From NCBI RefSeq assembly GCF_000007985.2, contig NC_002939.5:3120001-3152000 (forward strand): 32,000 nt of DNA. Direction: 5' to 3'. Both the position numbers and the translations under genes were made by a program. The stretch comes from Geobacter sulfurreducens PCA (lineage in GTDB: Bacteria > Desulfobacterota > Desulfuromonadia > Geobacterales > Geobacteraceae). Every line of letters starts with the position of its first letter. Position 1 is the stretch's first letter. The notes under the pieces are model-generated. The model was not told where the DNA came from, searched no databases, and saw nothing but the letters and a program-made list of their open reading frames with translations. This document shows, in pieces, positions 10,758 to 27,719 of this stretch.

Positions 10758-12836
10758 CTAGCCTTTAACCTTTGCGACGATTTCTTCGGATACCGACTTA
10801 GGCACCTGCTCGTAATGATCGAATGTCATCGTGTAGGTTGCCCGGCCCTGTGTGGCGGAACGGAGGTCCGTGGCGTAACCGAACATCTGAGCCAGCGGAA
10901 CCATTGCGCTGACAACCTGAGCGCCGGCACGCCCCTCCATCCCCATGATTCTGCCACGGCGGGAGTTCAGGTCGCCGATCACATCGCCCATGTATTCTTC
11001 CGGAACAACGACCTCCACCGACATGATCGGCTCGAGCAGCACGGGGCCTGCTTTAGCCGCCGCCTCTTTGAAGGCCATGGAACCGGCAATTTTAAATGCC
11101 ATTTCTGAGGAGTCAACCTCGTGGTACGATCCGTCAACGAGGGCGACCTTGAAATCAACCGTCGGATAACCAGCGAGAACCCCGGTTTCCATCGCCTCCT
11201 GAATCCCCTTGTCAACTGCCGGGATATACTCCCTGGGAACAACACCACCCTTGATCGCGTCCACAAACTCGTAGCCCTTGCCAGCCTCTTGAGGCTCAAG
11301 CTCGATCCAGACATGGCCATACTGACCACGACCACCGGACTGCCGGACGAATTTGCCTTCGACTTTAACCTTTTTGGTAACAGTCTCGCGATAGGCAACC
11401 TGCGGCTTACCAACGTTTGCCTCAACCTTGAATTCGCGCATGAGGCGGTCAACGATAATCTCGAGGTGCAGTTCACCCATGCCCGAAATGATGGTCTGAC
11501 CCGTCTCCTCATCCGTTCTGACACGGAACGAAGGATCTTCACTCGCAAGCTTCTGAAGACTGATGCCGAGCTTCTCCTGATCGGCCTTCGTCTTGGGCTC
11601 AATGGCAATAGCGATAACCGGCTCGGGGAACTCAATAGACTCGAGCACTACCGGGGAATCTTCAGGGCAAAGCGTATCGCCGGTCGTCGTATACTTGAGG
11701 CCAACCGCCGCCGCGATGTCGCCAGCATAGACCTCTTTGATTTCTTCACGCTTATTGGCGTGCATTTTCAGCAGGCGGCCAATACGCTCTTTCTTTTCTT
11801 TCGTGGAGTTATACACGTAGGAACCGGAGTTGAGCACGCCGGAATATACACGGAAGAAGCAGAGCTGACCCACAAAGGGGTCTGTCATGATCTTGAAGGC
11901 AAGAGCCGAGAACGGCTCGTCATCGGACGCCTTGCGGGTTATTTCCTCGCCGGACTTGGCATCGATACCGGTAATTGCGGGAATGTCCAGCGGCGAAGGA
12001 AGATATGCGACCACTGAGTCAAGAAGGTTCTGAACCCCCTTGTTCTTGAATGCAGAACCACAGATGACCGGACAGATTTGTATATCGATCGTTGCCTTGC
12101 GAACGGCAGCCTTGATTTCGTCAGTAGTGAGCTCTTCACCGCCGAGATACTTCTCCATCAGCGCATCATCAAACGTAGCAATTTCTTCTATGAGCTTCTC
12201 ACGGTACTCTTGCGCCATCTCTGCCAGATCAGCAGGAATCTCCGCCTCATGATACTTGGCGCCCAGGGACTCCTCGTCCCAAATAATCGCCTTCATCTCG
12301 ACGAGGTCAACAACCCCGCGATAGGTATCTTCGGCCCCGATCGGCAGCTGAATCGGCACAGGATTAGCCTTGAGGCGATCACGAATCATGCCGACGCCGC
12401 GAAAAAAGTCGGCACCGACTCGATCCATCTTATTAATAAAGGCAATGCGAGGAACGCGATACTTGTCGGCCTGGCGCCAGACTGTTTCCGACTGCGGCTC
12501 AACACCGCCAACGGAACAGAATACAGCAACAGCCCCATCAAGCACACGCAGGGAACGCTCGACCTCGATAGTGAAATCCACGTGACCAGGAGTATCAATG
12601 ATATTGACCCGATGGTCGCCCCAGAAACAGGTCGTAGCTGCCGAGGTTATCGTAATCCCCCGCTCCTGCTCCTGCTCCATCCAGTCCATGGTGGCGGCCC
12701 CTTCGTGAACCTCACCAATCTTATGCGTCACACCGGTATAATAGAGTATGCGCTCAGTTGTCGTCGTCTTGCCGGCGTCAATATGAGCCATAATCCCGAT
12801 GTTACGGGTTTTTTCAAGCGAAACCTGACGTGCCAC
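10758..12836 (-). CDS. fusA: Elongation factor G
   Basis: 692 aa: (M)[34 protein letters not shown]...DTPGHVDF... GTG start at 12836-12834, with GGAGGG 5 nt upstream. Confidence 0.98.
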   Translation of the reverse strand: MARQVSLEKTRNIGIMAHIDAGKTTTTERILYYTGVTHKIGEVHEGAATMDWMEQEQERGITITSAATTCFWGDHRVNIIDTPGHVDFTIEVERSLRVLDGAVAVFCSVGGVEPQSETVWRQADKYRVPRIAFINKMDRVGADFFRGVGMIRDRLKANPVPIQLPIGAEDTYRGVVDLVEMKAIIWDEESLGAKYHEAEIPADLAEMAQEYREKLIEEIATFDDALMEKYLGGEELTTDEIKAAVRKATIDIQICPVICGSAFKNKGVQNLLDSVVAYLPSPLDIPAITGIDAKSGEEITRKASDDEPFSALAFKIMTDPFVGQLCFFRVYSGVLNSGSYVYNSTKEKKERIGRLLKMHANKREEIKEVYAGDIAAAVGLKYTTTGDTLCPEDSPVVLESIEFPEPVIAIAIEPKTKADQEKLGISLQKLASEDPSFRVRTDEETGQTIISGMGELHLEIIVDRLMREFKVEANVGKPQVAYRETVTKKVKVEGKFVRQSGGRGQYGHVWIELEPQEAGKGYEFVDAIKGGVVPREYIPAVDKGIQEAMETGVLAGYPTVDFKVALVDGSYHEVDSSEMAFKIAGSMAFKEAAAKAGPVLLEPIMSVEVVVPEEYMGDVIGDLNSRRGRIMGMEGRAGAQVVSAMVPLAQMFGYATDLRSATQGRATYTMTFDHYEQVPKSVSEEIVAKVKG

Positions 12837-12877
12837 GAATCCCTCCAGTTAGCGTTTCAAAGACCAGCTACTTACTA

Positions 12878-13348
12878 CTACCAGCGATAATGCGCAAAAG
12901 CCCTGTTAGCCTCAGCCATACGATGCGTATCCTCGCGCTTCTTCACCGCAGCCCCGCGGTTATTGTAAGCATCGAGAATCTCACCGGCGAGCTTGTCGGT
13001 GATAGTCTTCTCGGAACGCTCATTGGCATAACGAACAAGCCAACGCATAGCAAGCGACACCCGGCGGTCGGCCCGAACCTCAACCGGCACCTGGTAGGTG
13101 GAGCCACCAACGCGCCGCGACTTCACTCCGAGCATAGGCTTAATATTATCGAGACACTTCTTAAGAACCTTCACAGGCTCCTCGCCAGCCTTCTGCGACA
13201 CGATATCAAGCGCACCATAAAGCGCGCGCTCAGCCGTACTCTTCTTGCCATCAAGCATTATGACGCTCACAAGCTTGGCAACAACCCGATCATTGAACTT
13301 GGGGTCGGGAAGAATAACCCTTTTGGCAACTTCTCTTCTTCTCGGCAT
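12878..13348 (-). CDS. rpsG: 30S ribosomal protein S7
   Basis: 156 aa: [40 protein letters not shown]... Confidence 0.98.
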   Translation of the reverse strand: MPRRREVAKRVILPDPKFNDRVVAKLVSVIMLDGKKSTAERALYGALDIVSQKAGEEPVKVLKKCLDNIKPMLGVKSRRVGGSTYQVPVEVRADRRVSLAMRWLVRYANERSEKTITDKLAGEILDAYNNRGAAVKKREDTHRMAEANRAFAHYRW

Positions 13349-13370
13349 ATTACCCTCTCACCAAAGTCGT

Positions 13371-13742
13371 TTACTTGGGCCGCTTGGCGCCATACTTGGA
13401 ACGACCCTGCTTCCGGTCCTTAACACCCACAGAGTCGAGTGTTCCACGAACAATATGATAACGGACACCAGGAAGGTCCTTGACCCTTCCACCCCGAATA
13501 AGAACAACGGAGTGCTCCTGCAGGTTGTGCCCGACACCCGGAATATACGAAGTGACCTCGATTCCGTTCGTCAAGCGGACCCGCGCAACCTTACGGAGCG
13601 CGGAGTTCGGCTTCTTCGGGGTCGTGGTATACACCCTGGTGCACACCCCCCGCTTTTGCGGACAACTCTTGAGAGCAGGCGAATCCGACTTTACCTTCTT
13701 ACCCTGCCTGCCACTGCGAATCAACTGGTTAATCGTAGGCAT
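13371..13742 (-). CDS. rpsL: 30S ribosomal protein S12
   Basis: Same frame as ORF 13371-13769, trimmed to ATG 13742 ([55 protein letters not shown]...). A purine-rich SD (GGGAGAAGGGA) lies upstream. Confidence 0.96.
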   Translation of the reverse strand: MPTINQLIRSGRQGKKVKSDSPALKSCPQKRGVCTRVYTTTPKKPNSALRKVARVRLTNGIEVTSYIPGVGHNLQEHSVVLIRGGRVKDLPGVRYHIVRGTLDSVGVKDRKQGRSKYGAKRPK

Positions 13743-13796
13743 ATATCCCTTCTCCCAATACCCGCCCAAAGGGGCATTCTCCCTGCGGAAGCGACA

Positions 13797-13825
13797 AAAA
13801 TATCAGTCAGACAAGACACTGTCAA
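13797..13825 (-). promoter_or_regulatory. Candidate sigma70-type promoter for rpsL-rpsG-fusA-tuf (str operon)
   Basis: The minus strand reads TTGACA (13825-13820), a 17-nt spacer, then TGATATTTT (extended -10; TATTTT at 13802-13797). An A-rich, UP-element-like run (GAAAAAAATGAAAAAAGAC) lies upstream. Pattern match by eye only. Confidence 0.5.
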
Positions 13826-13843
13826 GTCTTTTTTCATTTTTTT

Positions 13844-13867
13844 CGAGGAGGGGCTGACCCCTCCTCG
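13844..13867 (-). terminator. GC-rich 10-bp hairpin immediately after the rpoC stop (atypical: no U-tract on the gene strand)
   Basis: cgaggagggg (13844-13853) pairs with cccctcctcg (13858-13867) around a 4-nt loop. On the minus-strand RNA it is followed by GAAAAAAAUG, not by Us. Confidence 0.4.
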
Positions 13868-13875
13868 TCTGTTTT

Positions 13876-18063
<4,188 letters not shown>

Positions 18064-18152
18064 TGTCTGATCCTCCTCAGCGTAGGAGTGAGTGCTTTCC
18101 GTGTACGTTTCAACGGGCCGGTGGGACGATGCCGGCCGGCCCGGACAAGCTG

Positions 18153-22265
<4,113 letters not shown>

Positions 22266-22360
22266 ATATTCTCCTTCGGCGATGCCCTTGGGGCATTCAA
22301 CCCACTGGAATTATTGGAAACTAGGCACCCACTCCCGTCACTACGGTCACCGCTTCAGAA

Positions 22361-22400
22361 CTAAAATAGAAGAGCCAAGGCCGCGCGTGGCGACCTTGGC
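22361..22400 (-). terminator. Intrinsic terminator/attenuator candidate between rplL and rpoB
   Basis: The minus-strand RNA reads GCCAAGGUCGCCACGCGCGGCCUUGGC followed by UCUUCUAUUUUAG. This is a 7+3 bp stem (22374-22400) plus a U-rich tract (22361-22373), within a 162-nt intergenic region. Confidence 0.55.
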
Positions 22401-22427
22401 TGCATGCTGAAGCAGTGGGCTGATGCC

Positions 22428-22811
22428 TTACTTGATCTCGACTTCAGCGCCGGACTCGACAAGCTGCTTCTTGGCCTCTTCAGCCTCTTCCTTGGACACG
22501 CCGTTCTTGACCGGCTTCGGAGCGCCGTCAACGAGGTCTTTGGCTTCCTTGAGGCCAAGACCGGTAAGGGCGCGAACGACCTTGATGACGCCGATTTTGT
22601 TGGCGCCGGCGCTCTTGAGGATAACGTCGAACTCAGTCTTCTCTTCAGCGGCCTCGGCAGCGGCTGCCGGAGCAGCAGCGGCAGCAACAGCCACCGGAGC
22701 GGCGGCGGAGACGCCGAACTTGTCCTCGAGCTCCTTCACGAGCTCGGCAAGTTCGAGAACAGTCATATTTTCAATGAAGCTGATGACATCGGCCTTGGTG
22801 ATTTCTGCCAT
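22428..22811 (-). CDS. rplL: 50S ribosomal protein L7/L12
   Basis: 127 aa: [39 protein letters not shown]...(Ala-rich hinge)...[31 protein letters not shown]... Confidence 0.98.
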   Translation of the reverse strand: MAEITKADVISFIENMTVLELAELVKELEDKFGVSAAAPVAVAAAAAPAAAAEAAEEKTEFDVILKSAGANKIGVIKVVRALTGLGLKEAKDLVDGAPKPVKNGVSKEEAEEAKKQLVESGAEVEIK

Positions 22812-22858
22812 TTTCCTATTCCTCCGTTATGTGTTCTTACCGTTGATGGTTGAAAAAA

Positions 22859-23383
22859 TCAGTTGCCTTCCTTCTGGACCTTGATCGCGTTGAGCGCACG
22901 GACGAAGCTACCCGGTACGGCAGCCAGAACGCCAACAAAGTTCGCCACCGGAGCGTTGATCGTTCCGAGCAGTTTGGCGATGAGAACCTCACGGCTCGGA
23001 AGGTCTGCCAAGGACTGGATATCGGCAACACTGATAGCCTTGCCGGTCAATACGCCGGCTTTGAGCTTGAAGGTGTTCGGCTGGGTCTTTGCAAACTTCG
23101 ACAGCACCTTGGCAGCGGAGACCGGATCGTCATAGCTCAGGGCGATGGCGGTCGGCCCTGCAAAATGCTGGGAGAGCGACTCTTTGTCGGTGTCGCGGGA
23201 AGCAAGCTCCAGCAGCGTATTCTTGACAACCTTGTACTCGACGGCCGCCGAGCGCAGCTCATTTCTCAGTGTCGTGGCCTGCTCGACATTCATGCCGCGG
23301 AAATCGGCGAGAAACACCGCCTTGGCCCGCTGGAGCTTGTCGTGCAGTTCCGCCACTTGTTGTTGCTTGGTTTCCTTATTCAA
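22859..23383 (-). CDS. rplJ: 50S ribosomal protein L10
   Basis: 174 aa: (M)[43 protein letters not shown]... TTG start at 23383-23381, preceded by AAGGAGGAAGG. Confidence 0.96.
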   Translation of the reverse strand: MNKETKQQQVAELHDKLQRAKAVFLADFRGMNVEQATTLRNELRSAAVEYKVVKNTLLELASRDTDKESLSQHFAGPTAIALSYDDPVSAAKVLSKFAKTQPNTFKLKAGVLTGKAISVADIQSLADLPSREVLIAKLLGTINAPVANFVGVLAAVPGSFVRALNAIKVQKEGN

Positions 23384-23562
23384 GCGCCTTCCTCCTTTCT
23401 GTCTGGTATGAGGGCCTGAGCCCCAGCCAAAGTCAGAAAGTGCGGGAATAACTGATTCCTACGACTAACCACAAGTCTCGGCAGGCCCTGTGTGTGCTTA
23501 GGCCCGGACATGAGCATCCGGACACCTGCTGTCTTTGACTTTGGCTTTATATGGATTGACGT
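23384..23562 (-). promoter_or_regulatory. Structured 179-nt rplJ 5' leader (L10-leader-type autoregulatory element candidate)
   Basis: An 11-bp long-range helix, AGCCAAAGUCA / UGACUUUGGCU (+ strand 23536-23546 with 23425-23435), encloses internal hairpins GUCCGGA..UCCGGGC, GACU..AGUC and GGAAU-CAGUU-AUUCC. The position matches the known L10(L12)4 feedback site upstream of rplJ. Confidence 0.5.
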
Positions 23563-24267
23563 CTAGACAAGCTTTGCCTGGACATCAGAAATGTCGAGGT
23601 TGAGGCCTGGGCCCATGGTCGAAGAGATGCTGATCTTCTTGACATAGGTACCCTTGGCCGCAGAGGGCTTGGCCTTGAGGAGCGCCTCCACGAGAGCAAG
23701 CAGGTTTTCCTTGAGCTTATCGGCGTCGAAGGAGACTTTACCCACAGGGGCGTGAACGATACCGGCCTTTTCGACTCGGAACTCGACCTTACCGGCCTTC
23801 GACTCCTTCACGGCGCGCCCCACATCGAAGGTGACCGTGCCGACCTTGGGGTTGGGCATGAGACCGCGGGGACCGAGCAGCTTACCGATCTTGCCGACAA
23901 CGCCCATCATGTCGGGGGTGGCGATGGCGGTATCGAACTCGAACCAGCCTTCCTGGATCTTGGTGACAAGATCCTCGGCTCCAACGTAATCGGCGCCGGC
24001 CTCGCGGGCCTCCTTCTCCTTTTCGCCCTTGGCGAAAACGAGGACGCGAACGTCCTTGCCGAGACCGTTGGGCAGAACAACGGCGCCCCGGACCATCTGA
24101 TCGGCGTGGCGGGGGTCAACCCCCAGCCGCACGGCAACCTCGACGGTCTCGTCGAACTTGGCATAGGCTGCGGACTTAACGCTCTCTATACCTTCCACGA
24201 GGGGATACGTCCGGCTCCGGTCAATCTTGGCCAGGGCCTCCCTGTGCTTTTTCGCAGTATTCGGCAT
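23563..24267 (-). CDS. rplA: 50S ribosomal protein L1
   Basis: 234 aa: [71 protein letters not shown]... Confidence 0.98.
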
Positions 24268-24284
24268 CGCTTTCCACCCTTTCT

Positions 24285-24710
24285 CTAGTTGACTATTTCA
24301 ACGCCCATGCTGCGGGCGGTACCTTCAACCGTCCTCATGGCCGCCTCAAGAGAGGCCGCATTCATGTCGGGCAGCTTTTTGGTGGCGATTTCCCTGACCT
24401 GTTCGCGGGTAAGCTTGCCCACCTTGTTCTTATTGGGAACACTGGAACCGCTCTCAATGCCGACGGCTTTCTTGATGAGCACCGACATGGGCGGAACCTT
24501 CGTGATGAAGGTGAACGAGCGGTCGGCATATACAGTTATGACGACGGGGATGATGGTCCCTTCGTCAGCCTGGGTCTTGGCATTGAATGCCTTGCAGAAC
24601 TCCATGATATTGACGCCGTGCTGACCCAGTGCAGGACCGATCGGGGGGGACGGGTTCGCCTTGGCTGCCGGGATTTGCAGCTTGATGTAACCGGTAATCT
24701 TCTTGGCCAT
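24285..24710 (-). CDS. rplK: 50S ribosomal protein L11
   Basis: 141 aa: [47 protein letters not shown]... Confidence 0.98.
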
Positions 24711-24771
24711 TGCTTACTCCTTGTTTCTCGTACGAGACGTTTTCCGTATCTGGTCAGCAGGAGTCGGCGTC

Positions 24772-25299
24772 CTACTGCTTTTCTACCTGCATGAATTCAA
24801 GCTCCACGGGAGTTGCGCGTCCGAAGATGCTCACCATGACCCGCAGCTTCCCTTTGTCGGGCTTGACGTCCTCCACTACGCCGGCAAAGTTGAGGAACGG
24901 GCCATCCACGACCCTGACGGTTTCGCCCACCTCGAACTCAACCTTCGGACGGGGTTTTTCAGCCCCCTCCTCCATGCGCCGCGTGATCTTCGCGACCTCT
25001 TCGTCGGGAATCGCGAAGGGATTGTTCCCCCCCACAAAACCGGTGACCTTCGAGGTTTCCTTGACCACATGCCACGTCTCGTCGTTTAGTTCCATGTTGA
25101 CGAGAATGTAACCCGGGAAAAACTTGCGCGACGACGTCTTCTTCTCGCCCTTCTTCAACTCGACAACGGTCTCGGAGGGAATGAGTATTTCGCCGAAAAA
25201 CTCTTCGAGCCCCAGATTCTTGACCCGCTCCTGAAGAGAAAGACGCACTTTATTTTCAAATCCGGAGTACGTATGTACCCCGTACCACTTCTTCGACAT
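24772..25299 (-). CDS. nusG: Transcription termination/antitermination factor NusG
   Basis: 175 aa: [26 protein letters not shown]... (NGN domain) and ...[24 protein letters not shown]... (KOW). Follows secE. Confidence 0.96.
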   Translation of the reverse strand: MSKKWYGVHTYSGFENKVRLSLQERVKNLGLEEFFGEILIPSETVVELKKGEKKTSSRKFFPGYILVNMELNDETWHVVKETSKVTGFVGGNNPFAIPDEEVAKITRRMEEGAEKPRPKVEFEVGETVRVVDGPFLNFAGVVEDVKPDKGKLRVMVSIFGRATPVELEFMQVEKQ

Positions 25300-25314
25300 A
25301 GTTGATTGAGTCCT

Positions 25315-25500
25315 TTACCCCAGGATGATGCGCATCAGCTTGGCGAGCACAACATCGCAGACGCCGAGATAGACGGAGATGAGCAGGACGATCGCGACAA
25401 CGACCCAGGTGGTTGAGACGGTTTCTTTGCGGGTAGGCCAAGTTACCTTGTCAAGCTCGGCTTTGACTTCCGTGAGAAATTCTTTTGTTTTGGCGATCAC
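25315..25500 (-). CDS. secE: Preprotein translocase subunit SecE (single-TM form)
   Basis: Same frame as ORF 25315-25515. I prefer GTG 25500-25498, giving (V)IAKTKEFLTEVKAELDKVTWPTRKETVSTTWVVVAIVLLISVYLGVCDVVLAKLMRIILG (61 aa, one hydrophobic helix). An alternative TTG at 25515 is only 11 nt from the tRNA-Trp 3' end. Start choice is uncertain. Confidence 0.8.
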   Translation of the reverse strand: MIAKTKEFLTEVKAELDKVTWPTRKETVSTTWVVVAIVLLISVYLGVCDVVLAKLMRIILG

Positions 25501-25526
25501 GCGTGGACCCCACAATGCTTGTAAAA

Positions 25527-25603
25527 TGGCAGGCCAGGAGGGATTCGAACCCCCAACATCCGGTTTTGGAGACCGGCGCTCTAGCCGTTAGAGCTACTGG
25601 CCT
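25527..25603 (-). tRNA. tRNA-Trp (anticodon CCA), 3' CCA encoded
   Basis: The reverse complement is AGGCCAGTAGCTCTAACGGCTAGAGCGCCGGTCTCCAAAACCGGATGTTGGGGGTTCGAATCCCTCCTGGCCTGCCA. The acceptor stem is AGGCCAG/CTGGCCT, the anticodon loop is CUCCAAA, and a GGTTCGAATCC T-arm is present. Confidence 0.93.
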
Positions 25604-25652
25604 GCGTTCAGGGGGGGCCGCGAAACACTCGCAGCCCCGAACCGACAGGCTG

Positions 25653-25802
25653 CTACTTGGTTTCCTTGTGCACGGTATGGGTACGGCAGAAGCGGCAGTA
25701 TTTCTTGAACTCCAGCTTCTGAGGCGTGTTCTTCTTGTTTTTGGTGGTCGTGTAGTTCCTCTGCTTGCACTCGGTGCAGCCGAGGGTGATGATATCTCTC
25801 AT
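25653..25802 (-). CDS. rpmG: 50S ribosomal protein L33 (zinc-binding C+ form)
   Basis: Below the ORF-track cutoff. Hand translation from ATG 25802-25800 gives [49 protein letters not shown], with stop TAG at 25655-25653. It has a CxxC...CxxC pattern. Confidence 0.9.
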   Translation of the reverse strand: MRDIITLGCTECKQRNYTTTKNKKNTPQKLEFKKYCRFCRTHTVHKETK

Positions 25803-25820
25803 TGCTTATCCCTTCACACA

Positions 25821-25849
25821 TAAACCGGGGCGGATAATATCCGCCCCGG
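25821..25849 (-). terminator. Terminator/attenuator-like hairpin between tuf copy 2 and rpmG
   Basis: The minus-strand RNA reads CCGGGGCGGAU-AUU-AUCCGCCCCGG (about a 10-11 bp GC-rich stem, 25825-25849), followed by UUUAUGUGUG. It starts 6 nt after the tuf stop and ends about 19 nt before the rpmG ATG. Confidence 0.55.
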
Positions 25850-25855
25850 CCCGAA

Positions 25856-27046
25856 CTATTCGATAATGGAGCTGACGACGCCGGCGCCCACGGTACGGCC
25901 ACCTTCGCGAATCGCGAACCGAAGACCTTCATCCATCGCGATCGGCGTGATCAGGTTGATCGTCACCGCCACGTTGTCGCCAGGCATTACCATCTCAGTC
26001 CCGGCAGGAAGGTCTACTACGCCAGTCACGTCCGTCGTACGGAAGTAGAACTGCGGACGGTACCCGTTGAAGAACGGCGTGTGACGGCCACCTTCTTCCT
26101 TCGTCAGGATGTACGCCTCGGCCTTGAACTTGGTGTGCGGAGTGATGCTCCCCGGCTTCGCAAGCACCTGGCCACGCTCGATGTCTTCACGCTTCACCCC
26201 CCGCAGAAGGGCACCGATGTTGTCACCGGCGCGGCCTTCGTCCAGAAGCTTGCGGAACATCTCGACTCCGGTCACCGTGGTCTTGGCAGTGGCCTTGATC
26301 CCGACGATCTCGACCTCCTCACCCACCTTGACAATTCCGCGCTCCACACGCCCCGTGGCTACGGTACCGCGACCGGAGATCGAGAATACGTCCTCCACAG
26401 GCATCAGGAACGGCTTGTCTACGGCCCGCTCGGGCTCGGGAATATAGTTGTCAACGGCTTCCATCAGCTTCAGGATGGCTTCTTCGCCCAGCTCGTCCTT
26501 GTCGCCATTGAGCCCCTTGAGCGCGCTCCCCTTGATGATCGGGATGTCGTCACCCGGGAAGTCGTAGGAGGAGAGCAGCTCGCGAATCTCGAGCTCTACC
26601 AGCTCGAGCAGCTCTTCGTCGTCTACCATGTCGGCCTTGTTCAGGAACACGACAATGTAGGGCACGCCAACCTGACGGGCAAGCAGGATGTGCTCGCGGG
26701 TCTGCGGCATGGGGCCATCGGCGGCGGATACGACGAGGATCGCGCCGTCCATCTGCGCCGCACCGGTGATCATGTTCTTTACATAGTCGGCGTGACCCGG
26801 GCAGTCCACGTGGGCGTAGTGACGCTTCTCGGTCTCGTACTCCACATGGGACGTGGCGATGGTGATACCGCGCTCGCGCTCTTCCGGAGCGTTGTCAATC
26901 TGGTCAAAACCACGGAACTCTGCCTGGCCGCGCTCTGCCAATACCTTGGTTATGGCCGCCGTCAGCGTGGTCTTGCCATGGTCTACGTGGCCGATCGTTC
27001 CTATGTTGACGTGCGGTTTCGTCCTCTCGAATTTTGCCTTTGCCAT
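25856..27046 (-). CDS. tuf: Elongation factor Tu, copy 2 (tRNA-linked, tufB-like position)
   Basis: Same frame as ORF 25856-27070, trimmed to ATG 27046 ([16 protein letters not shown]...) with GGAGGAATCCTGC upstream. The protein is identical to copy 1. The stop codon is TAG here versus TAA in copy 1. Confidence 0.99.
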   Translation of the reverse strand: MAKAKFERTKPHVNIGTIGHVDHGKTTLTAAITKVLAERGQAEFRGFDQIDNAPEERERGITIATSHVEYETEKRHYAHVDCPGHADYVKNMITGAAQMDGAILVVSAADGPMPQTREHILLARQVGVPYIVVFLNKADMVDDEELLELVELEIRELLSSYDFPGDDIPIIKGSALKGLNGDKDELGEEAILKLMEAVDNYIPEPERAVDKPFLMPVEDVFSISGRGTVATGRVERGIVKVGEEVEIVGIKATAKTTVTGVEMFRKLLDEGRAGDNIGALLRGVKREDIERGQVLAKPGSITPHTKFKAEAYILTKEEGGRHTPFFNGYRPQFYFRTTDVTGVVDLPAGTEMVMPGDNVAVTINLITPIAMDEGLRFAIREGGRTVGAGVVSSIIE

Positions 27047-27059
27047 GCAGGATTCCTCC
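25857..27059. repeat. 1203-nt dispersed direct repeat, copy B (tuf CDS plus 13 nt of 5' UTR)
   Basis: See copy A (9541-10743). There is a single mismatch, at 25892. Confidence 0.9.
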
Positions 27060-27100
27060 GAGCTGTTCAATTTTGAGAATTAGCTTCTCGTTGAAATAAG

Positions 27101-27176
<76 letters not shown>

Positions 27177-27188
27177 GCATGTGAAATT

Positions 27189-27265
27189 TGGAGCGGGAAA
27201 CGGGACTCGAACCCGCGACCCTCAGCTTGGAAGGCTGATGCTCTAGCCAACTGAGCTACTCCCGC
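27189..27265 (-). tRNA. tRNA-Gly (anticodon TCC), CCA encoded
   Basis: The reverse complement is GCGGGAGTAGCTCAGTTGGCTAGAGCATCAGCCTTCCAAGCTGAGGGTCGCGGGTTCGAGTCCCGTTTCCCGCTCCA. The anticodon loop is CTTCCAA. Confidence 0.92.
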
Positions 27266-27375
27266 CAAATCGTCATCGAAGCGTCTTGAAGTCTCCGCAC
27301 GACGTCGCCCCCAGTACGGGCAACCTAAGGTCTCCTGGGTATACGGCCGACCATGCGGGACTTCTGCAGATTGTA

Positions 27376-27461
27376 TGGTGGAGGGAGGAGGATTCGAACC
27401 TCCGAAGTCGTTCGACGACAGATTTACAGTCTGTTCCCTTTGGCCGCTCGGGAATCCCTCC
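27376..27461 (-). tRNA. tRNA-Tyr (anticodon GTA), long variable arm, CCA encoded
   Basis: The reverse complement is GGAGGGATTCCCGAGCGGCCAAAGGGAACAGACTGTAAATCTGTCGTCGAACGACTTCGGAGGTTCGAATCCTCCTCCCTCCACCA. The anticodon stem-loop is ACAGA-CTGTAAA-TCTGT. Confidence 0.93.
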
Positions 27462-27488
27462 AGACGAAGAAGACAGCCTTGTTGCTTA

Positions 27489-27564
27489 TGGAGCTGGCGA
27501 CAGGACTTGAACCCGCAACCTGCTGATTACAAGTCAGCTGCTCTACCAGTTGAGCTACGCCAGC
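27489..27564 (-). tRNA. tRNA-Thr (anticodon TGT), CCA encoded
   Basis: The reverse complement is GCTGGCGTAGCTCAACTGGTAGAGCAGCTGACTTGTAATCAGCAGGTTGCGGGTTCAAGTCCTGTCGCCAGCTCCA. The anticodon loop is CTTGTAA. Confidence 0.93.
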
Positions 27565-27574
27565 GCGAAAAACT

Positions 27575-27603
27575 CTTATGCACGCTTTCACGCGCAGAGT
27601 CAA
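27575..27603 (-). promoter_or_regulatory. Candidate proximal promoter of the tRNA-tuf operon
   Basis: The minus strand reads TTGACT (27603-27598), a 17-nt spacer, then CATAAG (27580-27575), about 10 nt before the tRNA-Thr 5' end. An A-rich tract (GCGAAAAAAAC) lies directly upstream. Pattern match by eye. Confidence 0.45.
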
Positions 27604-27630
27604 GTTTTTTTCGCAAAAACAAGAATCAGA

Positions 27631-27659
27631 TTTGTAATCCACTATCGCGCACGTGTCAA
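27631..27659 (-). promoter_or_regulatory. Candidate distal promoter of the tRNA-tuf operon
   Basis: The minus strand reads TTGACA (27659-27654), a 17-nt spacer, then TACAAA (27636-27631), with AT-rich GATAAATTTTCGC upstream. A tandem promoter arrangement would be typical of stable-RNA operons. The -10 is imperfect. Confidence 0.4.
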
Positions 27660-27719
27660 GCGAAAATTTATCTCTCCTCGACCGGGGTCTCGATGGATTC
27701 CGCTCAAGCGCTCCGAGAA

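Noticed and set aside
10979-11635. A 218-aa same-strand alternative-frame ORF inside fusA, and similarly 8675-9139 inside rplC.
   Set aside because: The translations are Arg/Ser-rich frameshift-type sequences within highly conserved genes. There is no independent start context.
18064-18152. A GC-rich 8-bp stem (18114-18121 with 18136-18143) in the rpoB-rpoC spacer, considered as a terminator.
   Set aside because: The loop is 14 nt and no U-tract follows. Stoichiometric co-expression of beta and beta' argues against termination. At most it is a processing site, and the evidence is too weak to call.
22650-22720. A GC-rich GCN-type repetitive run that looks like a tandem repeat.
   Set aside because: It encodes the Ala-rich flexible hinge of L7/L12 ([22 protein letters not shown]). 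It is a coding low-complexity region, not a repeat element or CRISPR.
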